NCBI GenBank assembly: GCA_021776135.1
Contig: JAJFGL010000031.1
Span: forward strand, 4,703 to 68,702
DNA length: 64,000 nucleotides
DNA from: Kiloniellaceae bacterium
GTDB lineage: Bacteria; Pseudomonadota; Alphaproteobacteria; Kiloniellales; J153
Direction of reading: 5' to 3'
Each line of letters opens with the position of its first letter. The first letter of the stretch is position 1. The notes under the pieces are model-generated. The model was given only the letters and a program-made list of their open reading frames with translations. It made no database searches and had not been told where the DNA came from. This document shows, piece after piece, positions 58,345 through 64,000 of this stretch. A program made the position numbers and the translations under genes.

Positions 58345-59130
58345 CTACTCGCTATCGGAGAAGGTAAAGTCGATCTCCTGCGCGCCCTTGGCGGCGACCG
58401 TGATCTTGGTTTTCTTGACCCCGTAGCGCGGATGCCAGGCCTTCAGCGTGTACTTGCCCGGCGGCAGGTTATCGATGGCATAGGAGCCGTCGTCGCCGAC
58501 CACCACGGCATAGGGATGAACCGGCGCCATGATGAAGCCGAACATGAAGTTGTGGGCCTCGCAGTTGATGCCGATGTAGGACGAGCGGCGCGGCTTGATC
58601 TTGTCGGTGATGTCGCCGGGATCCGGCTGCCCGAAGTTGAAGAGCGTCTTCTTGACCACGCGGCCCTTCTCGACCCCGATCAGCTCACGGGCGTTGATGT
58701 TGTGCAGCACCCCGGCGTCGCTGTTGCGGATGACGAAGGGGCCGGGCCTGACGACCTGGGCCCAGGGCCGGAAACGGCAACCCTTCTGATTGACCAGATA
58801 GGTGCCCATCTCGGGCTTCGGCCAGGCTTTGCCTTCCTCAATCTTGGAAATGAAAACGAAAACGCCGCGCAAGGCGCCGTCCTTGACGTCAACCCAGGCG
58901 ACTTCGCGCTCGCCCTCGCCGCAAACATCGACGTTTTTGGTAATCAGGATTTTCTCGATTGCGTCGGCGGGAACCGCGCCCTCGAAACTAATCTTGCCGG
59001 TGACCGTGCCGCCATCGGCGACGTCCATTTCTTTGTACTTGTCCTTTTTGGCCGCCTCTACCGGCGCCGCTAGCGCCAGGGAGGCAAAAGCAGCCAGCAC
59101 AAGGCTGACGATAGGTAATTTCGATGTCAT
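58345..59130 (-). CDS. Periplasmic cupredoxin-like protein (putative type 1 Cu site) with beta-sandwich (CarboxypepD_reg-like) C-terminal domain
   Basis: Signal peptide. Candidate ligands H in GVLHNI and C-x2-H-x2-M in INCEAHNFM (amicyanin-like spacing). C-terminal DDGSYAIDNLPPGKYTLKAWHP. Confidence 0.55.
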   Translation of the reverse strand: MTSKLPIVSLVLAAFASLALAAPVEAAKKDKYKEMDVADGGTVTGKISFEGAVPADAIEKILITKNVDVCGEGEREVAWVDVKDGALRGVFVFISKIEEGKAWPKPEMGTYLVNQKGCRFRPWAQVVRPGPFVIRNSDAGVLHNINARELIGVEKGRVVKKTLFNFGQPDPGDITDKIKPRRSSYIGINCEAHNFMFGFIMAPVHPYAVVVGDDGSYAIDNLPPGKYTLKAWHPRYGVKKTKITVAAKGAQEIDFTFSDSE

Positions 59131-59145
59131 GGAAAGTATCCTCCT

Positions 59146-61419
59146 TTATCCGTGCCGCATGCGGCCGCTAGCCTCGGCGGCTGAAGCGTTCAGTTCTTCC
59201 AAGGCCTCGATGGCGACGGACCAGATCCGCTTGCGCGCCGGGTCGCTAAGCACATCGATAAAGAGCGCGCTGGCGCGCGCCGCATCCAGGCCGCGCATGA
59301 GACGGGCGGCCTGGCGGCCGTGATAACCCTCGAAGGAAACGGCGAAATCGGCCAGCAGTTCGAGCGTCCCTTCGCCACCGCCGCGCGCGACCGCTTCCGC
59401 GGCGTGCAGGCGCACGGCAGGATCGGGATCGTCGAGCAGCGCCTCGGCCAGCGAAACGGCGTGGCCCGAGATCGAGAGCGCACGCACCGCCGCCGCGCGC
59501 ACGAAGCTGTCTTCATCGCCGGTATGTTCAACCAACAGCGCGCTCGCTGCTTCGCTGCCGGCGGCGGCCAAGGCGCGTATCAGGAATAGTTTCATATCCC
59601 GGTCAGCCGTCGCCATGGCGGTCAAGAGCGTTTCGGCGACGTCGGGGGGGAGCGGACTTAGATGCGCGCCGATGCGGGCCAAGGAATCGGCCGCCGTCAG
59701 GCGCAGCTCGGCATCTTCGCCGTCAAGGACGGCGGCCAAGGCCCTCGCCACCTCGGCTTGCGCGATATCGCCCAGCACCCGGGCCGCGAAGCGGCGGATA
59801 TCCTCATGCAAGACCACCTTGGGCGCCAAGGATATGCGCTTCTTGCCCTTGATGCGCTTGGCCATGGCCAAGCGCTCCATGTCGGTCGGGGTCAATTCGA
59901 TGCCCTGTGCGGGCAAGTCCAGAACCTTCCCGGCCTCCGGTTCGTCGGCAAGAATCGCGTTCAGGGTGGAGGTTGGGAAGGCCTCAGCCTCAGCCTCAGC
60001 CTCAGCTTCCGCCTCGGCCTCAGTCTCGGCCTCAGTCTCGGCTTCCGCTTCGGGCGCCGCCTCGATTTCGCGCGGATTTTCCGTGGCGGCGTTTTGCGCG
60101 CCGGGTTCGCCATCGGTTTCGGGCGCGTAGCCGCCCCCCAGGGCCGACAGCAAGGCCGCCCCGGCATTGTTGGGCCAGGCGGCATCGGCCTTGGCCAGCC
60201 GCGCCAGCGCCGACATGGTTTCCAGGCGAATGGCGCGCTCGGAATCGTCGATGGCATCCACCAGCGCCGACACCGCCCCCGCGCCGCCGGCCATCGCCAA
60301 GCCTTGGAGCGCCCCGAGGCGGACATCGACCGGCCGCCCGGTATCGCCGAGCAAGGGGATCAAGGATTCCACCGCCGCTTTCGGGGCGGCGGCGGCGAGA
60401 GCGCGGGCGGCGGCCGCCGCGATCTCGGCGGAGGAATCCGCGAGCTTCGCGCGCAAGGCCGCGGTCAGGGTCTCGTTAGCGGGAAAATCACGCACGTCCG
60501 CGAGGACCTTCAATGCCGCCACCTGCACGCAAGCCGCGGCGTCCGCGATCATGGCTGGAAGACGCTCGACATGGCGCCCGCCGCAAAGCCGCACGGCCTC
60601 GGCGCGAAGCGCGTCATCGGGATCCTCGAACAAGGCCGCCAAACGACCGTCCGCGGGAGCCCGCGCCGCCAGCGTCCGCAGGGCCGCGCCGCGCACCTCG
60701 GCGGCGGGGTCGGCGAAAGCCCGCGCCAGCGGGACCGTTGCTTCCTCGTCATCCGTGGATGCCAGGGCCGCCGCCGCGCGCCGGCGCAAACGCGCCGAGT
60801 CTTCGTCAAGGAAAGCATTCAGCGCCTCAATACCCGGCCTGCCCATGCGCGCCAGCGCCTTGAAGGCCGTCTCGGTCATATCCTGGGCGTTTTCTTCGCC
60901 CATGGCGGCGACGATATCGGGCACCGCCTCGCCCACGTTAAGGTCCGCCAGGGCGTCGACCGCTTTGATCTGAATATCGACCCAGTCGTCCCAGCCGCTG
61001 GAATAGAACTCTTCTTCGTCCCAGGCGATCTCTTCGTCGCGGCCCTTGAGCATGCGCCGGAGCCAGGGCACGACCCGCCGGTCCTGTAATTTCGCCAGGG
61101 CCTCAATGGCCGCCAGCTTGACCCCTGTACAAGGATCGCCGAGCAGATTCTCAAGGAGCTGTTTGCCGGCCTGCGGATCGGCAAGCGCCGAAAGCGCCTC
61201 GGCGGCGTCGGTGCGGACATCTTCGTCCTCGTCCAGCAGGGCCGCGATCAAGGGCTCGACGGCCGCCGGCGCGCCGATACGCCCCGAAGCCTGCGCCGCC
61301 AAACAGCGGTGCACGTCGATCCCATCGCTGAGAACGCCGCCCAGTACCCGGCACACCTCGTCCGATACCGGAGGGCGGAACGCTGTCCGGTCCTGCGGCT
61401 CAGATCCTTTGGACGTCAT
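59146..61419 (-). CDS. Cytoplasmic HEAT-repeat (PBS-lyase-type) protein, 757 aa, with central acidic (EA/ET)n linker
   Basis: Many repeats of the form D-x-D/E-x-x-V-R-x-x-A-A-x-A-L (e.g. DEDVRTDAAEALSAL, DPAVRLHAAEAVARGG). No signal peptide. Confidence 0.75.
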   Translation of the reverse strand: MTSKGSEPQDRTAFRPPVSDEVCRVLGGVLSDGIDVHRCLAAQASGRIGAPAAVEPLIAALLDEDEDVRTDAAEALSALADPQAGKQLLENLLGDPCTGVKLAAIEALAKLQDRRVVPWLRRMLKGRDEEIAWDEEEFYSSGWDDWVDIQIKAVDALADLNVGEAVPDIVAAMGEENAQDMTETAFKALARMGRPGIEALNAFLDEDSARLRRRAAAALASTDDEEATVPLARAFADPAAEVRGAALRTLAARAPADGRLAALFEDPDDALRAEAVRLCGGRHVERLPAMIADAAACVQVAALKVLADVRDFPANETLTAALRAKLADSSAEIAAAAARALAAAAPKAAVESLIPLLGDTGRPVDVRLGALQGLAMAGGAGAVSALVDAIDDSERAIRLETMSALARLAKADAAWPNNAGAALLSALGGGYAPETDGEPGAQNAATENPREIEAAPEAEAETEAETEAEAEAEAEAEAEAFPTSTLNAILADEPEAGKVLDLPAQGIELTPTDMERLAMAKRIKGKKRISLAPKVVLHEDIRRFAARVLGDIAQAEVARALAAVLDGEDAELRLTAADSLARIGAHLSPLPPDVAETLLTAMATADRDMKLFLIRALAAAGSEAASALLVEHTGDEDSFVRAAAVRALSISGHAVSLAEALLDDPDPAVRLHAAEAVARGGGEGTLELLADFAVSFEGYHGRQAARLMRGLDAARASALFIDVLSDPARKRIWSVAIEALEELNASAAEASGRMRHG
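59981..60052. repeat. Imperfect hexanucleotide tandem repeat (gcctca/gcctcg/gcttcc units) encoding EAEAETEAETEAEAEAEAEAEA
   Basis: Read directly. About 12 units, in frame within the HEAT-repeat gene. Confidence 0.8.
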
Positions 61420-61461
61420 GGTTTTGTCATCGCATCGGCTATCCTCAACTCAAACGCACTT

Positions 61462-61499
61462 GCGGGCCCGGCTGACCGCTAGGGTTCAGCCGGGCCCGC
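61462..61499 (-). other. Intercistronic stem-loop (14-bp perfect stem GCGGGCCCGGCTGA/TCAGCCGGGCCCGC, 10-nt loop)
   Basis: Read directly. Starts 9 nt after the molybdoenzyme stop codon. Followed on the minus strand by AAGTGCGTTTGAGTT (only weakly U-rich). Possible partial terminator or mRNA-stability element. Confidence 0.5.
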
Positions 61500-61507
61500 T
61501 TTAAAGT

Positions 61508-64000
61508 CTACGTGATATCCCTCGGTGCGAAGGACATGGAGCGGAAAGATTTCTTGTAGGGCGACTCGCCGATCTTCTTCACCTCGGCGACACCCATCTT
61601 GTAGTTATAGTTGCCGCTGATCCAATCGACGATCCGGCCTTCCAGCGCATTCGCGGGCTGCGAGGTGTGCAGGAAGTCCATGTAGAGGATGCCCTTCTTG
61701 ATGTGGCGCGTGACCATGGCGACGCCGGTGACGGCGGCCCGGGTCAGCTCCACGTTTCCGGCCTTCATCTGGCCGCTGAAGGAATAATCGCTACCCTCCA
61801 CGCCGAGAATCGTTTCTTTCAGGCTTGGCACCCGGTCGGAAAAGACCATCAGCATGTCGCCGCTCTCGATGCCGCGCGCCTTGGCGTCTTCGGGATGGAT
61901 TTCGACGTAGTTGTCGGGCCAGCGCTGAACGATGTAAGGACGGCGCCGGTCGTCGAAACCCGACTGCCAACGCTCGTTTGTGCGCCCCGAGGTGCACCAG
62001 AGCTCGTCGCCCTTGGGTTTCATCCATTCCCAATAGTCCGAGAACAGCGACCAGGGCGATTTCTGGATGTTGCAGCGCCCGGTCTGACTATTGAAATGGG
62101 TCAGTTTCTTGTTGAACATATTAGCGCCCTGCGGCCCATCGGGATCGAGTTTCCGGGTCGTGTCGTGCAAGCGCTTGGTTCCCATCAGGGACCCGTCTTC
62201 GCGCATGAACACCGGGCCTTGGATGCCGTTGGTGCCGAACTCGCCAAGTTTTTGATGCAGGGTCTTGCCCTCGCGGTGGGCGGCGACCTTGATCATGTTG
62301 AAGTCCTTGCGGCTGCCGCGTGAGAAGCGGGCCGATTCCTCGGCGACATCGTTGGAATTCTTCCAATCGAAACCGTCGAAGCCCATGCGCTTGCCCAATT
62401 CGGCGATGATCCACCAATCGGGCTTGGCCTCGCCGGGCGGGTCGTAGAAGCGGTTGTATAGCCGTAGGCGCCTTTCGCCGTTGGCCCGCATGAAGGTGTC
62501 TTCGCCCCAGGTGGCGGCCGGGAAAACAATGTCGGCGTAGCGGTTGCCGATGGGATCGACCAAATAGATGTCCTGGTTGATGACCACCATGCCGCCGGAG
62601 TCGGCGCGCCGCTTCAGGGTATCGATGATGTCCTGCTTGTCGTAGGCCCGCACCTGATGGGGGTTGGCCACGGTCAATTCCTCGAACCGCTTGGCCAGTT
62701 GCTGCGATCCGCACATGGATTGGATCCAAGTGGTGCCGATGACATGGGCGAAGCGGGTATGCCCCGACATGGTCCAGGTATCCGTGTCGAGCGCCCGGCG
62801 CCTGCGCCCCGGCAGTTTCATGGGCGACTTGTTACGCGGATACTTGCCGCCGCGCTGTCCGCCGCGCTGATGGCCGCCGGCCCTGCCGATAACCTGACCG
62901 GGCCTGCCGCCGGCGCCGACGATAATGCCCAAGGCGCTGATCGCCTGGGTATTGCCGGTGTTGTTGGACCAGTAGAAACCCTTTTCGATCATGAGCGAGG
63001 TCTTGGGATGCTTGCCATTCCTCGGCTTGGCCATCATTTCCGCCGCCGTGTAGATTTTCTTGATGTCGATACCGGCGACCTTGGCGGCGTGCTCGGGCTT
63101 GAACTCATCCTGGGCCAGGAGCCATTTTTTCCAATCGTCGAAGCCATCGGTCTGGAACTTGCCCCAGGTCGTGCGCCATTGCCACGGCGTGTTCCGGGTG
63201 CCCTGGCCGAAGCCGGAGTTGGAGCCCCACTTGTTATTGACCCAGTTCTCGATCCACTCGGCATCCTGCCAGTTATTTTCGACGATGATCCGGGCGATGG
63301 CGTTGACCACCAAAAGGTCGGTGCCGAGGTTAACGTCGAGCCACAGCCCGCCGTTGTTTTCGGCATAGGCCACGCCAGCGGTGCGGCGCGGGGTCATCAT
63401 GATGCACTTCTGGCCGTTCTGGATGCCCTTCATGATCCACTGGGTCCAGAGAATGGTCTTGGTCTCGTAAGGATCCGTGCCGCAGATCATCAGGGTCTCG
63501 GCATTCATCCAATCCTCGTAGGCCGGGCCGAAGTTATCGAACCCGGCGTCGCGGAAGCCGGGCGTCGAGGAAACGTCGGAGGGCGTGTCGTGGAAGGTGA
63601 AGTTGGCCGTGTTGATGTGGCGCAGCGCATACTTGGTGATGGCGTAGGTGTTCTCGATGAACTGATAGGAGTAAGTCTTGACGCCGTAGGCATTGGCCCC
63701 GTGCTTGGTGCGCACGTAGTTGCCGACCTCGGCCGCCACATCGAGGGCGAAGTCCCAGGGCACCGGCTGCAGGATGCCGTAAATCCGCATCAGCGGCGCG
63801 CTCAGCCGGTCGCGGGTCGGGGTTTGCGGATTGTAGCATTTCTGCGCGATACAGCCGCCGCGCAGGCTCGAATCGCCGTCGGTGTTGACGAACTCGGTAT
63901 CCTTGTCGGGAACAATCACGACATGGTGCGGCTCGCCCTCGTGCAGCACGACATTGTGCTGGTTGGGCGCCACCCAGGGGCCCAGGACCTCGACCGGGAA
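61508..64000 (-). CDS. Arsenite-oxidase-family (AioA-like) molybdopterin oxidoreductase catalytic subunit; N-terminus (3Fe-4S region) beyond the window edge
   Basis: Reading frame stays open to position 64000. Blocks align with my recollection of AioA: VVIVPDKD...SSLRGG; FHDTPS...ICGTDPYETKT; GGHQRGG; FPAATWGE...ANGERRLRLY..FYDPPGEAKPDWWIIAE; FDWK; C-terminal YKMGVAEVKKIGESPYKKSFRSMSF. Confidence 0.85.
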   Translation of the reverse strand, partial: FPVEVLGPWVAPNQHNVVLHEGEPHHVVIVPDKDTEFVNTDGDSSLRGGCIAQKCYNPQTPTRDRLSAPLMRIYGILQPVPWDFALDVAAEVGNYVRTKHGANAYGVKTYSYQFIENTYAITKYALRHINTANFTFHDTPSDVSSTPGFRDAGFDNFGPAYEDWMNAETLMICGTDPYETKTILWTQWIMKGIQNGQKCIMMTPRRTAGVAYAENNGGLWLDVNLGTDLLVVNAIARIIVENNWQDAEWIENWVNNKWGSNSGFGQGTRNTPWQWRTTWGKFQTDGFDDWKKWLLAQDEFKPEHAAKVAGIDIKKIYTAAEMMAKPRNGKHPKTSLMIEKGFYWSNNTGNTQAISALGIIVGAGGRPGQVIGRAGGHQRGGQRGGKYPRNKSPMKLPGRRRRALDTDTWTMSGHTRFAHVIGTTWIQSMCGSQQLAKRFEELTVANPHQVRAYDKQDIIDTLKRRADSGGMVVINQDIYLVDPIGNRYADIVFPAATWGEDTFMRANGERRLRLYNRFYDPPGEAKPDWWIIAELGKRMGFDGFDWKNSNDVAEESARFSRGSRKDFNMIKVAAHREGKTLHQKLGEFGTNGIQGPVFMREDGSLMGTKRLHDTTRKLDPDGPQGANMFNKKLTHFNSQTGRCNIQKSPWSLFSDYWEWMKPKGDELWCTSGRTNERWQSGFDDRRRPYIVQRWPDNYVEIHPEDAKARGIESGDMLMVFSDRVPSLKETILGVEGSDYSFSGQMKAGNVELTRAAVTGVAMVTRHIKKGILYMDFLHTSQPANALEGRIVDWISGNYNYKMGVAEVKKIGESPYKKSFRSMSFAPRDIT

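Noticed and set aside
56120-58426. 768-aa plus-strand ORF covering the whole bd-like gene 2 region
   Set aside because: It is an antisense shadow ORF typical of GC-rich DNA. The product is low-complexity (rich in R, G, D, H, Q) with no motifs. The minus-strand frame encodes a coherent polytopic protein with a clear paralog in the window.
59981-60052. Hexanucleotide tandem repeat considered as a CRISPR-like array or phase-variation switch
   Set aside because: Units are contiguous without spacers. The length is a multiple of 3 and in frame, so slippage would only change the linker length of the HEAT protein. It is reported as a coding repeat instead.
59662-61089. 475-aa, 268-aa and other plus-strand ORFs antisense to the HEAT-repeat gene
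   Set aside because: The translations are Arg/Gly/Pro-rich and low-complexity. The minus-strand frame shows regular HEAT repeats along its full length.

Overview
GC-rich (by eye) proteobacterial-type chromosomal window with dense, mostly operonic coding; no rRNA, tRNA, CRISPR or transposase/integrase was recognised. Left to right: a histidine kinase/OmpR-type pair; a second sensor kinase; potFGHI; an LPS/O-antigen block (O-antigen-ligase-like protein, TviB/WbpO-type dehydrogenase, AsnB-type amidotransferase, GT4, epimerase, waaA); DUF3179; dusA. Next comes a LacI-controlled TRAP/HisD-like/SDR/Zn-ADH/split-UxaA cluster that I read as a dihydroxypropanesulfonate-to-sulfolactate-to-pyruvate+sulfite pathway. 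Then a CBS protein, an mmdADCB-type Na+-pumping biotin decarboxylase, photolyase, an orphan excisionase-type HTH, a nhaA / beta-carbonic anhydrase / NaChBac-type Na+ channel operon, LysR, DUF1127, and a low-GC EamA transporter. The main result is a single-strand (minus) supercluster of about 22.5 kb from 41478 to the right window edge. It holds an arsenite-oxidase-family (AioA-like) molybdopterin subunit (N-terminus outside the window), a long HEAT-repeat protein, and a cupredoxin-like protein. It also holds a tandemly duplicated four-gene module (cytochrome-bd-subunit-I-like membrane protein, membrane-anchored diheme c, membrane-anchored monoheme c, diheme c fused to an EB_dh heme-b domain with a C-terminal TM), two soluble c cytochromes, and small TM peptides missing from the ORF track. 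It ends with a tandem-USP protein carrying three PCP_red-like repeats, a radical-SAM/SPASM protein with a PCP_red tail, and a HemY-type FAD oxidase. There are 13 CXXCH motifs in total, two FNR/FixK-type boxes and a strong intercistronic hairpin. No cydB, bc1, aioXSR or ars genes lie in the window. I consider this a candidate undescribed periplasmic molybdoenzyme-to-membrane electron-transfer system. All functional calls rest on motif and remembered-homology reading, not on searches.
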